Positions 20,814 through 31,100 of a stretch of 64,000 bases of DNA are shown piece by piece; position 1 is the first letter of the stretch, and each line of letters starts with the position of its first letter. The DNA lies in NCBI GenBank assembly GCA_965226885.1, contig CBDDEL010000017.1, positions 800,001 to 864,000 of the forward strand, read 5' to 3'. The position numbers and the translations under genes were made by a program. The DNA is from Opitutales bacterium. Lineage in GTDB: Bacteria > Verrucomicrobiota > Verrucomicrobiia > Opitutales > UBA2987. The notes beneath the pieces are model-generated. The model was given only the letters and a program-made list of their open reading frames with translations. It made no database searches and was not told the origin of the DNA.

Positions 20814-23067
20814 ATGGCGATTTCCAATAAAAAACGTAAATACATCAAGCGCCACGCGGGGCGAAAACCAGTGGCGGAGATTGCCCGTGACCTGGGCCTA
20901 TCGCCGGAAGAGGTCAAAGCGGAACTGCATCCGGCGGCGGGAGGAAACATGGACACGGCCCTGGCCTCGGCCTCCGGCCAACCACTGCGTGAAAGCCTGG
21001 TTTTCCGGCTCATCCTGGCCCTCATGTTTCTGGCCCCTTTCATCCTCATCAACGGAATCACCGATTACAGCGATTTGCCCAAAAAGGCATTCATTGGAGT
21101 GGGCGCGCTCCTCCTCCTGTCGATCTGGTTAGCCATCAACCGCAGCCGCGCGGTGGAAATTTATTCATGCCGACTGTTCATGCCTCTGGCCTTTTTTATC
21201 GGTTGGTCGCTCATTTCACAAACCTGGACCACCTACCGGTTTCTGGCATTTTCCCAATGGGCTAATTGGGCCGCCTGCGCCGTGATTTTCTTTTTGGCGG
21301 GGCAAGAGTTTCGCAACAAAGACCGATGGGAGAATTTTTTGAAAGTCCTGGCCCTGTCCGCAATGCTCATTTCCCTTTTAGGAATCTTGCAGCATTTGCT
21401 GGCCGTTGACTGGGTGATGCAAACGGCCAAGCCCGCCGCCACCTTTGCCAATCGCAACATGGCCGGGCACTTTATCGTGATGGCTTTTCCGGCCGCCGCC
21501 TGGGTGTGGGCCATGGCGGGCACGGCAATGGCGGCCTACGCCTTTTACACATTCACGAGAGCCGCCTGGGTCTGCATGGCGCTGGAGATTGGCCTTTTCG
21601 CGCTCTATTGGCTGCACGATCGTTTTGTGAGGGCAAACAAACGGTCTCTAAATCGAAGCAAATCCTGCGCCTTGGCGGGGGCCCTGCGCCTTGGCGGGGG
21701 CATTGGCCCTCCTGGCAATATTGACTCATCTCGGTCCCAAAGGCTGGGAATTTCGGGAGAAAGAAATCTACTACCGCATCGCCGGCATGTGGGAATCCGG
21801 CGCCGTGGTCGAAGAAGGAACCGATGGGCATAAGCAACTGCGAAGATCCCATAAATCGATCCAGGACCGATTTTTTGTCTGGAGCAATTCCCTGCGCATG
21901 ATCAGGGATCATCCCTGGATCGGGGTCGGGGTGCAAAATTATCGATTATTTTTTCCCGCCACTTTGAATGAAGTCACAAGCGAAAACAGATTGGTCATCT
22001 ACCGGCACCGCTACCAGGCTCATAACGATTACCTTCAGCTGACGGCAGAATTGGGACTGGCGGGATTGCTATTAATGCTCTGGATGGCCTGGGAATTTCT
22101 CCGTATGGCAATACGGCTTCTCGGTTCCGGCAGCCGGGAGGATGACCGGTTTCTAGCTGCGGCGGGGTTGGCGGCAGTGGCCGGGATGTCGGTCAATGCC
22201 CTCTTCAGTTTTCCTCTCTATAGCGCCATCCCGCCGCTCATATTCGCTCTTTACGCCGCCATGCTGGCACGGATTTGCAGCGCCGGCGCCAGCCCGCCGC
22301 GCATGTATCTCACGGCACCCCGCTTATATATGGGATTGGCGATTGCCCTGATTGCCTTGGGGTGGTTCGGATACCTGCAATTCCGGTGGTTGTGGGCGGA
22401 TCATTACATCAGCCTGCAAAGGAGGTCGATCAGCAAGCAAAGGTGGGAATACGCGATTGTTTATGGAGAGAAGGTGCGCTCTTTCAATCCCTACCGCAAA
22501 GACACCCTGAACTACACCGGAAGGGCGCACCTGGCCCTTGGGGAGTTGGATACAGCCATCGAATTTCTGACAAAAGTGGGTCGTCTTTCTCCTCATGACG
22601 CCGGAAACTTCTATCATCAGGCCACTATTTATTACAAGATGGGGAAATTGGACAAAGCCCTCGAATCTGCCCGCAAGGCAGCCGCATACTCATTGCGGGA
22701 CGGTGGCATCCACTACCTGTTGGTTCAGATCCTGGGAGCGCAAGGGAAAGACCGTGAGGCGCTGGAAAGCTTTCGTAGGGCGGCCCAATACACTCCCCGG
22801 AAATACCTCTACCATTACAATTTCGGTTATTACGCTTACAAAGAAAAAATGTATGCAGAAGCAGTCCGGGCCCTGCGGGAATCCGTCAAACTGGACGATA
22901 CTTTCGATCTGGCACTCAAATATTTGGGCTATTCGCTTTATTATGGATTGAAAAAGAAAAAGGAAGGCATTCGGCGCCTAAAAGCTTCCCTGGAGGCTAA
23001 TCCGAAACAGAGAGATGCAAAAAGCCTTCGAAAAATCATTGCCGAATTTGAAAAGACCTCCCAATAA
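20814..23067 (+). pseudogene. Wzy_C + TPR protein, paralog 4, frameshifted
   Basis: Split into 20814-21833 and 21691-23067 by a 19-bp tandem duplication at 21664-21701. AHNDYLQLTAELG is in the second frame. Confidence 0.85.
21664..21701 (+). repeat. 19-bp tandem duplication CCTGCGCCTTGGCGGGGGC x2
   Basis: Exact copies at 21664-21682 and 21683-21701. Confidence 0.9.
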
Positions 23068-23107
23068 GCCCAAGTTAGTTTATTAATCTCTGTATTCATA
23101 TCGGTTA

Positions 23108-25420
23108 ATGGAACTGTCCAACAAAAAACGGAAATACATTGAACGGTTCGCAACGCGCAAACCGGCGGAGACTATTGCGGGCGATTTAAAGCTGCCCCTG
23201 GGACTGGTTGTGAGGGAGATCGAAAAAATAACGGGGCGGCCGGTCCGGGAAAGGGAACCGGCGCTGGAAAAACTTTGCTGGCTGCTCTTTTTAGCCATCG
23301 CCCTGCTGCTTCCTTTTCCCATTTTTCGAACTACTTTCGATTATGCCAATTACCCGAAAACCATTTTTCTGCAATTAGGGGTCCTGGTCCTGCTGGCGGT
23401 CTGGCTGCTCCATTGCCGCCGGGAAAAATCTTTTGCCGTATTGAAGTGCCCATTGTATCTTCCCCTGGGCATTGGTTTTGCCTGGGGCGGGCTGAACATA
23501 CTCCTGGCCGGCTATGCTTATCTTAGTTTAGTGCAGTGGATTCATTGGTTCGCCTGCGGTCTGGTTTTTTTTCTGGCCGTCCAGTTGCTTCATCGGCCGA
23601 AACGCAATATCCAATTGATGGGCTGCCTTTTACTCGCGGGGTTTCTCGTTTCCGTGATGGGCATTGCGCAGCATTTGATCGGCCTCGACTGGGTTCACCA
23701 GAACGCAGCGCCGGCGGCGACATTCGCCAACCGGAATATGGCCACGCATTATGTGGTGGGCACGCTTCCGGCGGTTATGCTAATACTCGGGGCCAGCCGA
23801 ACCAAAATTTTTACCTGGTTCAGCGCGGTGGTTCTGGCCGCCATGCTGATTTTTGTTTATTATACGATTACGCGCGCCGCATGGTTGGCCGTTAGTTGTC
23901 AATTTTTCTTCCTCGGAGCGTATTTTCTTTGGGATCGCTTGAGGCGCAATCCTGTTCACCGGCTTGATTATAAAAAAATCGCCGCCTTTTCGGCCGCCTT
24001 GGCAGCGACCATCTGCGTGGCCTACCTGACGCAATTGAATAATGAGGGGGCAAAGCGAAAAAGGGCGGAGGCCGGGACAATCCGAAAAAACCCAGTCGCT
24101 CATAAAGTCGGGAAATTCGCCAAGTTGACCAGCACTTCGTCAATGCGGTATCGCCTCATCTATTGGGAAAATACACTGAAGATGATTAAGGATCATCCTC
24201 TAACCGGGATCGGCGCGCAAAATTTCCGGGCGCAATATCCTTACTATCATGAAGCGCAAAGGAAAGATAATGAACTGAATCTGTTTAAATCGCCCCGGTA
24301 TGCCCATAACGATTTTATTCAATTGGCAGCGGAACTGGGCATACCGGGCTTTTTGGTTCTGCTGTGGTTTATTTTTCTTTTATTCAAGCTGAGTTGGCGG
24401 GTGTTTTTTCTGGAGGAGGGAAAAACCAGCCGCTTGATGGCGATCAATCATCTGGCGGCCCTGTTGGGAATAGGCTTGGTGGCTTGTTTCAGCTCCCCAT
24501 TTTATCGGGCCACTCCACCCTATTTAATGGCGTTGCATATAGCCTTATTGGTGCGATTGACTCCCCGGCCCGTAAAGATGCCAAACATTGTCCAACGCGT
24601 TAAGACTCTTTGGGCACCCGGTCATACCCTTCTGGCTGTCGGGGGAGCGGCCGTTTCGATTCTTTTGGCGATATTCTGGGGCTCCCTGCAATACCGCTGG
24701 AAAAAGGCGGATGGTTTTTATGAATACCAACGGTTTTCCATTGATCAGCAGGACTGGAAGAATGTCATAAGTTTCGGAAATAAAGTCAGAAAGTACAATC
24801 CCTACCGGGCGGATACCCTCAATTCAAGCGGCGCAGCCCTCCTCAAGTCCCATAAATATGAGGAGGCCAAAGAAATCCTGGAGCGTTATACACGCTATCA
24901 CCCGCACTCCTCCTCGGCATTGTTCTACCTGGGGCAATGCTATGAATATTTAAAGGAATACGACAAAGCCATCGCCACCCTTTCTCACGCCGCTGAAATT
25001 GTGCCTTACGAAGGCTGGGTGCACCGCATACTGGGGCGGATTCTGATGACGACGGGCAAAAAAAAGGAGGCTTTGGAAGAATACCGTCTGGCTACATCGT
25101 CATCGCCCGGCAATCGATCCTTTCATTATTATCATGGCCGCCTGGCTGCGGAATTCGGGTTCCACGAAGAAGCGGCGGAACAGCACCTCAAAGCTGTCCG
25201 GGCCGATGAAAATTGGGACATCGCTCAAAAAGATTTGGGCCTTATTCTTTTCAATGAAATGGGACAAAAAAAGAAAGGTGTTGAGCACATGAAAAAAGCG
25301 CTCCAGTTGAACCCCAAAATCCACCAGGCCAAAAGGCTCAAAGCCTTGATCAAACAATACGAAGCGTCAGGCTTGTCTGATCCAGATACGGTTGAGGAAA
25401 AGGATTTCCAGATACAATAA
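23108..25420 (+). CDS. Wzy_C + TPR protein, paralog 5
   Basis: ATFANRN, TRAAW, AHNDFIQLAAELG, TPR tail. Confidence 0.85.
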   Translation: MELSNKKRKYIERFATRKPAETIAGDLKLPLGLVVREIEKITGRPVREREPALEKLCWLLFLAIALLLPFPIFRTTFDYANYPKTIFLQLGVLVLLAVWLLHCRREKSFAVLKCPLYLPLGIGFAWGGLNILLAGYAYLSLVQWIHWFACGLVFFLAVQLLHRPKRNIQLMGCLLLAGFLVSVMGIAQHLIGLDWVHQNAAPAATFANRNMATHYVVGTLPAVMLILGASRTKIFTWFSAVVLAAMLIFVYYTITRAAWLAVSCQFFFLGAYFLWDRLRRNPVHRLDYKKIAAFSAALAATICVAYLTQLNNEGAKRKRAEAGTIRKNPVAHKVGKFAKLTSTSSMRYRLIYWENTLKMIKDHPLTGIGAQNFRAQYPYYHEAQRKDNELNLFKSPRYAHNDFIQLAAELGIPGFLVLLWFIFLLFKLSWRVFFLEEGKTSRLMAINHLAALLGIGLVACFSSPFYRATPPYLMALHIALLVRLTPRPVKMPNIVQRVKTLWAPGHTLLAVGGAAVSILLAIFWGSLQYRWKKADGFYEYQRFSIDQQDWKNVISFGNKVRKYNPYRADTLNSSGAALLKSHKYEEAKEILERYTRYHPHSSSALFYLGQCYEYLKEYDKAIATLSHAAEIVPYEGWVHRILGRILMTTGKKKEALEEYRLATSSSPGNRSFHYYHGRLAAEFGFHEEAAEQHLKAVRADENWDIAQKDLGLILFNEMGQKKKGVEHMKKALQLNPKIHQAKRLKALIKQYEASGLSDPDTVEEKDFQIQ

Positions 25421-25554
25421 GGAACCCGTGCCGGTTTTTATCCACAACCGTCAGTCTTCCTGAAACGCCATCTGAGTTCGTAAACCTCCGGCCGCAGGTC
25501 AAGGAGTGGAAAATTCGACATTGCCAGGAATCGGGTATCAGTTATCAACGTATC

Positions 25555-26400
25555 ATGCGTATTAAGATTCTTTCTCTTCTTCTGACGGCTATCGGATTAA
25601 GTGCGTCCGCGCGGGCCGAATTCACTGAGATCGACGTTACCGTAGCCGAGGGAGTGGCGGATAAGATGATAACCCCTGCGAAGGGTGGGAGCGTGCCGGC
25701 GAGGGCGGTCCTATTGTTTCACGGCTGGACCGGAAAGATGGATGAAGTGGGCGATATGTACAAACGGTTGGCGGGAGAACTGGGCGACGCTGGAATCGCT
25801 TCTCTGCGCATTAACTTTCGGGGTGAGGGGGAGAGAAACGGGCACCGGTTGACCTCGACCTTTGCTACGCGTATCGCCGATGCGGAGGCCGCCTTGGCGA
25901 TGATCGAGGATAAATTTCCGGATGCAAAAATCGGGGTGGTCGGATTCAGCCTCGGCGGGGCTACTGCCATGGCCCTCACGGGAAGACACCCCGAAGCGGT
26001 TAGAAGTCTGGTGCTCTGGTCAAGCGCGGGTAATCTGGCGGTCGATTTTTTCGGAGACCCAGAAAGGATCGCGGGCCACCGGGAAGCGATCGAAAAGGGT
26101 CAATCAACGATTCAGGATTGGGCGGAAATGACCCTTACGCGGGAGCATCTCATCGGTTTTATCGGCTATGATCTTATGGGTCCGTTGAAGGCCTACGAGG
26201 GAGCCCTCCTTTCGATCCGCGGGAGTGATGATTTCCTGAAACGCTACGAGGACGAGTTTCTCGAGGCCGCTTCCGGATGGCGGGAAGAATTCATAATTCT
26301 CGGCGGCGCCAACCATATCTTTCACACCTTCGATCCACAGAGCGCGTATGACGAGAGGGTGATCGCGGCAACGCTGCTCTGGCTTGGGGAAACTTTGTAG
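25555..26400 (+). CDS. Exported alpha/beta hydrolase
   Basis: Signal peptide, HGWTG, GFSLGG nucleophile elbow, GANHIF. Confidence 0.85.
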   Translation: MRIKILSLLLTAIGLSASARAEFTEIDVTVAEGVADKMITPAKGGSVPARAVLLFHGWTGKMDEVGDMYKRLAGELGDAGIASLRINFRGEGERNGHRLTSTFATRIADAEAALAMIEDKFPDAKIGVVGFSLGGATAMALTGRHPEAVRSLVLWSSAGNLAVDFFGDPERIAGHREAIEKGQSTIQDWAEMTLTREHLIGFIGYDLMGPLKAYEGALLSIRGSDDFLKRYEDEFLEAASGWREEFIILGGANHIFHTFDPQSAYDERVIAATLLWLGETL

Positions 26401-26445
26401 AAAACCTCACCCCGGTGTTTCCATTTTAATCTATATTTTTGGATA

Positions 26446-26883
26446 ATGGAAAACTTCAGCTTTCCGGCCCTGAACGCTAGTTTAAACGCCGCCGCAGTGG
26501 TTCTTTTGACGATTGGCTATCTGCTCATCCGGTCGGGTAAAAAGGACGCCCACCGCATAGCCATGTCGTGCGCCTTTCTCATTTCCTGCCTCTTTTTAAT
26601 CGGATATGTGACGAACCGAATCCTGGTTAAAGGTATGCATACAGAATTCGCGGGCACGGGAATCTGGCCCCTGATTTATTACCCAATGCTGATTTCGCAC
26701 ATTATCCTGGCAATGGCCATAGTGCCGTTGGTTCTGAGGACTCTTTACCTCGCGGTGAAAGGAAATTTCGTAAAACACCGCCGCTGGGCCAGGATTACGT
26801 TTCCCCTCTGGTATTACGTCTCTCTGACAGGGGTGCTGGTGTATTTCTTCCTCTACCAGTGGTTCCCCGCCACTACCGGGTGA
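26446..26883 (+). CDS. DUF420 family membrane protein
   Basis: PALNASLN, HRIAM, ISHIILA, HRRWARITFPLWYYVSLTGVLVY. Confidence 0.85.
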   Translation: MENFSFPALNASLNAAAVVLLTIGYLLIRSGKKDAHRIAMSCAFLISCLFLIGYVTNRILVKGMHTEFAGTGIWPLIYYPMLISHIILAMAIVPLVLRTLYLAVKGNFVKHRRWARITFPLWYYVSLTGVLVYFFLYQWFPATTG

Positions 26884-26904
26884 GTGGGTAAGAGGTGTCA
26901 GGTT

Positions 26905-27435
26905 TCAGGAGCCGGCTTTGACGGTCATCAGGCCCTTCATTCCAGCCATAAGGTGACCGGGAAAGGTGCATAAATAGGGATATTTACCGGGTTCCGATGG
27001 CGCAGTGAAGGTGATTTTGACGGTCTCTCCCGGCCCAGCCAGTCCGGTTTGGGCAATGACTTTGTCCTGCATGCCCGGCGATACGTAGTCGTTGCCTTTG
27101 GCGGCGATTCCGGCCATGGCAAATTGCATCACATCGGTACCCATTTTCACCACAACCACATTATGCGACATGGCCACTTTGGGCAGTTTTCCGATATTTT
27201 TCAGAACGATGGTCACCTCCTGACCGGCCGTACCTTCAAAGTTGGAAACATTGTATTTCATCTGGTCATTGCCGGTGATTTCGATAACCCCATCGGGATT
27301 CGGCATCGTTTCATCGGCGGCCAGCGGGGGAGTATTCAGCAGGGGAAGAACGGCGGCCAAAAGTCCCATTTTTAAAAAAACGTAGATGTATTGCGCGTTG
27401 TTCCGTTGGTGTGTTTTTTCAATTCTATTGTCCAT
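26905..27435 (-). CDS. Azurin/plastocyanin-family blue copper protein
   Basis: GNDQMKY, MSHNVVV, YLCTFPGHLMAGMKG copper ligands. Start uncertain (27435 or 27369). Confidence 0.85.
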   Translation of the reverse strand: MDNRIEKTHQRNNAQYIYVFLKMGLLAAVLPLLNTPPLAADETMPNPDGVIEITGNDQMKYNVSNFEGTAGQEVTIVLKNIGKLPKVAMSHNVVVVKMGTDVMQFAMAGIAAKGNDYVSPGMQDKVIAQTGLAGPGETVKITFTAPSEPGKYPYLCTFPGHLMAGMKGLMTVKAGS

Positions 27436-27546
27436 GGTGATTGTTAATTTCATGTTTTTATCTAACATAAACAGGATATTACAAAACACAAATTTGGCAA
27501 GCAATCTCAAAGAACGGCCACCTTTCCAATGAATGAATAAATCACC

Positions 27547-29364
27547 ATGACCTGGGAAATTGCCTTTATCTTCCTCCTTTTGGCGTTTGCGGTAGTCAGT
27601 TTTACGCTGGAAAAACTGTCTACGGACCTGACCGCTATCACCCTTTTCGGGGCTGTCATGCTGGCCGGTTTGCTGCCGTGGGCGGAAAAACTGCCCGGTC
27701 CGGAGAGGTTGATAAAGGTTTTCGCAAATCCCGCCCCGATCACTATTGCGGCCATGTTTGTGGTGAGCGCGGCGTTGCAAAAATGCGGGGCCATCGATAT
27801 TCTGGCGGGTTTTCTCACCCGCGTGGCCAGCATGGGCATGAGGAGATTCCTGCCCCTGATGATCTTGTCCGTCGCCTTCATATCGGCATTCACCAACAAT
27901 ACTCCGGTGGTGGTGGTTTTTATGCCGGTGGTGCTGAGCCTGGCCCGGACCATGGACGTGCCGGCCTCTAAATTGTTGATTCCCTTATCCTACGCTTCCA
28001 TCTTCGGCGGAACCTGCACCCTGGTGGGAACAAGCACCAATATCCTGGCCAGCGAATTTATGGAAGAGGCCGGCCAACCCCCGCTGGCCATGTTCGAGCT
28101 GGCCTGGGTGGGCATTCCCCTCCTGCTGGTGGCAACCGTTTACCTGACTTTGTTCAGCAACCGTTTGCTGCCGAAAAGAGAGACCATCACTTCGATCTTG
28201 AGCGATGAGGAGAGAAAGGAATTTCTGACCGAAGCATACGTGAAAAAGGGGTCCGAACTGGCCGGTAAAACGGTGGAGGAGTCCGGCATTTTAAAAGGGA
28301 AAAGCCTGAGGGTTCTGGAACTTGTGCGCAGCGAGGTGGTTCTCCGGGTCAACCCCAAAACCATACCATTGGAGGAGGGGGACCGCCTGGTGCTTTCCTG
28401 CCGGCCTTCCGGTTTTGCCCACGCGCGCAGCCTAGTGGGCCTGGAACTGTTCGCGGAGATGAATCTTGGCCTGGAAGCCATTGCCGCGCACGAGGGTTCT
28501 ATCGTGGAAGCGGTCATCGGCCCACGCTCCACCTTAACCGGAAAAAAGGTCAAAGCCGTCAATTTCCGCCAGAGGTTCAACATGATCATATTGGCCATGC
28601 ACCGCAGAGGCATCAATGTGCGCGAAAAAATCGGTCAAATGGAATTTGATTTCGGCGACATCTTGCTGTTGATGGGAACGGATCGGGCGATCGAGGAATT
28701 GCGCAAGAGCGACGATATTTTATTACTCGACCGGCCGGCCACCCCGGCCCAGAGCGGGCGAAAAAAGATGCCTCTGGTGGTGGTGACTCTGGCAGCCATC
28801 ATCCTGCTGGTTTCATTGAATCTGGCTCCCATCGTGGCGGTCTCCCTGATTGGATGCGGTTTTCTCTTCCTGACCGGCTGCCTCAAAACGAAGGAGGCCT
28901 ACCAATCCATCGACTGGAGCATCCTTTTCCTCATTTACGGAATGCTCGGTATCGGCCTGGCCATGCAGGATACGGGCGCGGCCCACCTGATTGCCGGAGG
29001 CATGGTTTCGGTGGTGGAAAACGTTTTTTCCGACCCGCTCAAGCCTTACGCCATATTGGCCGGTATTTATCTGTGCACGGCCATACTCACCGAATTGCTC
29101 TCCAACAACGCCACCATTGTGTTAATGGCCCCCATTACTCTGTGGGTGGCAACCGATATGGGGATCGACCCCCGGCCCTTGCTGGTCGCCACCATGATCG
29201 CCGCCTCGGCCAGCTTCTCAACACCCATCGGCTACCAGACAAATACCTACGTCTATGGCGTGGGAGGCTATAAATTCAGGGATTTTGTCAAAATCGGGCT
29301 TCCCCTTAATTTTCTCTACTTCACCCTCAGCGTAATCCTGATTCCCCTCATCTGGCCATTGTAA
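27547..29364 (+). CDS. SLC13-family permease with TrkA-C domains
   Basis: SAFTNNTPVV, GGTCTLVGTSTN, two TrkA-C-like segments, TPIGYQTNTYVYGVGGY. Confidence 0.9.
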   Translation: MTWEIAFIFLLLAFAVVSFTLEKLSTDLTAITLFGAVMLAGLLPWAEKLPGPERLIKVFANPAPITIAAMFVVSAALQKCGAIDILAGFLTRVASMGMRRFLPLMILSVAFISAFTNNTPVVVVFMPVVLSLARTMDVPASKLLIPLSYASIFGGTCTLVGTSTNILASEFMEEAGQPPLAMFELAWVGIPLLLVATVYLTLFSNRLLPKRETITSILSDEERKEFLTEAYVKKGSELAGKTVEESGILKGKSLRVLELVRSEVVLRVNPKTIPLEEGDRLVLSCRPSGFAHARSLVGLELFAEMNLGLEAIAAHEGSIVEAVIGPRSTLTGKKVKAVNFRQRFNMIILAMHRRGINVREKIGQMEFDFGDILLLMGTDRAIEELRKSDDILLLDRPATPAQSGRKKMPLVVVTLAAIILLVSLNLAPIVAVSLIGCGFLFLTGCLKTKEAYQSIDWSILFLIYGMLGIGLAMQDTGAAHLIAGGMVSVVENVFSDPLKPYAILAGIYLCTAILTELLSNNATIVLMAPITLWVATDMGIDPRPLLVATMIAASASFSTPIGYQTNTYVYGVGGYKFRDFVKIGLPLNFLYFTLSVILIPLIWPL

Positions 29365-29412
29365 GGAACGAAAATTTCGTTTTTTATTAAAATGGATAGT
29401 CCGTGGTTAATT

Positions 29413-30504
29413 TCAGTCAAAAACGATCAGATTTCGCAGCACTTGGCCTTGTTCCATTGACTCGATGGCTTGGTTGATCTCTTCCAGGCGATACCTTCCG
29501 CTGATCAACTCCTCGAGTTTCAGGCGGCCTCCTTGGTGGAGTTCGATGAGGCGGGGCACGTCCACCGCCAACCGGGTCGAGCCCATGCGGCTGCCGATGA
29601 GGCGCTTCTCGGCGCGCACGAAAGACAGGGCTGAAATGGAAGCGAGCGTGTCCACCGGCGGAAGGCCCACTATGACAACGGTTCCTCGTTTGCCCACCAG
29701 TTCCACGGCCTGCTCGATGGCCTTGACGCTCCCCACCGTGACAAAGGCATAATCGGCCCCACGGCCCGAGGTGATTTTGCGAATCTCCTCCGCCACATTT
29801 CCCTCGGCCGCATTCAGGCAATGGGTGGCTCCAAACTCTTTTGCCGTCACAAGCTTGCTGTCCAATAAATCAATGGCGATTACGGGATAAGCCCCCGCCA
29901 ATGCCGCCCCCTGGAGGGAATTGAGACCGACGCCCCCGGCGCCGATTACGGCAACGCTGGAACCGGTTTCAACTTCGGCCGTATTGACCACCGCCCCCAC
30001 GCCCGTGACCACTCCACAGGCCAGCAAAGCGGCCCTCTCCAGCGAAAAATCCACCGGCACCGGGACCACCTGGGATTGGTCCACGACCACGCATTCGGCA
30101 AAACCGGCCGTAAACAGGCCCGGCGCTAAAGTTTCCCCCCGCAGGTTCCTCAAACGGCTTTCCCGGGCGAGGGCAAAATCCCCGGAGCACATTTGGGGCA
30201 TTCCCTTGGTGCAATAATAACAGCGTCCGCAATTGCGCACCAGACAAACCACTGCCGGATCTCCCACCTTGGCTGTGGTTACATCAGGGCCAATTTCTTC
30301 AACCACTCCGGCCACTTCATGCCCCGGAACGAGGGGAACCGGGCCGCCCCATTCCCCTTTGATCAAATGAATATCGCTATGGCAGATGCCCGTTGCGGCC
30401 ACCCGCACTTTTATTTCTCCCTGCTGGGGCGGATCGATTTCGATTTCCTCGATTTCGAGGGGTTTCCCAAATTCATAACAAACGGCTGCTTTTATTTTTG
30501 GCAT
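29413..30504 (-). CDS. Zn-dependent alcohol dehydrogenase (class III-like)
   Basis: GICHSD, GHEVAG, structural-Zn cysteines, ACGVVTG, GAGGVG. Confidence 0.9.
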   Translation of the reverse strand: MPKIKAAVCYEFGKPLEIEEIEIDPPQQGEIKVRVAATGICHSDIHLIKGEWGGPVPLVPGHEVAGVVEEIGPDVTTAKVGDPAVVCLVRNCGRCYYCTKGMPQMCSGDFALARESRLRNLRGETLAPGLFTAGFAECVVVDQSQVVPVPVDFSLERAALLACGVVTGVGAVVNTAEVETGSSVAVIGAGGVGLNSLQGAALAGAYPVIAIDLLDSKLVTAKEFGATHCLNAAEGNVAEEIRKITSGRGADYAFVTVGSVKAIEQAVELVGKRGTVVIVGLPPVDTLASISALSFVRAEKRLIGSRMGSTRLAVDVPRLIELHQGGRLKLEELISGRYRLEEINQAIESMEQGQVLRNLIVFD

Positions 30505-30537
30505 GTGGGTTCTTCTAACATTAATTGGGAGGCGGAA

Positions 30538-31029
30538 TCAAAGGTTTTCCGCCTTGTATTCCTGGGCAAAGCGGTCGAGCAACTGCCGGGCGCCCACTTC
30601 GATGTAGTATTTTTTGTTGGTCATTCCCAAAATTGTTTTTTCCCAGGTGGGCGCATAGATTCCCGCCAGGTTTTCGGTCGGCCGTTCCAGCGAAACCATT
30701 TCCTGCAGGGACAGGTTGATGGAAAAAATATAACCGCTGCCATCCCTCACTTTACGCAGAAGAACGGTCAGTTCCAGAATCGGATGACCCGGCAGGGTGG
30801 TCAATTTTTCCTCGGAAACAAGCGGCAGACCCGCCTCCCGCAAATGCTTGACCAAGACCTCACGCAGTTTTTCCTGGGTGACCCCTAATTTTTCGGCATC
30901 GGGTGTCAGCCTGAGGACATTGACGGCGAAACCGGGCAGGTTCTGGAGGGAACTCAAGGAAAACCCGTGGGTCTTTGCAAAGGGCACAATGGCCAGAAAA
31001 ATCGCGCATCCCAAAATCGAAAATCGCAT
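30538..31029 (-). CDS. Hypothetical exported protein
   Basis: Signal-peptide-like MRFSILGCAIFLAIVP. Fills the intergenic space on the same strand as the ADH. Confidence 0.65.
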   Translation of the reverse strand: MRFSILGCAIFLAIVPFAKTHGFSLSSLQNLPGFAVNVLRLTPDAEKLGVTQEKLREVLVKHLREAGLPLVSEEKLTTLPGHPILELTVLLRKVRDGSGYIFSINLSLQEMVSLERPTENLAGIYAPTWEKTILGMTNKKYYIEVGARQLLDRFAQEYKAENL

Positions 31030-31100
31030 TTTGTGGTTAGTCTTATTTCTAATATTGAACTTGAAGAGCATCCCCGGATGTTAGATGAGTTACCGTAAAA

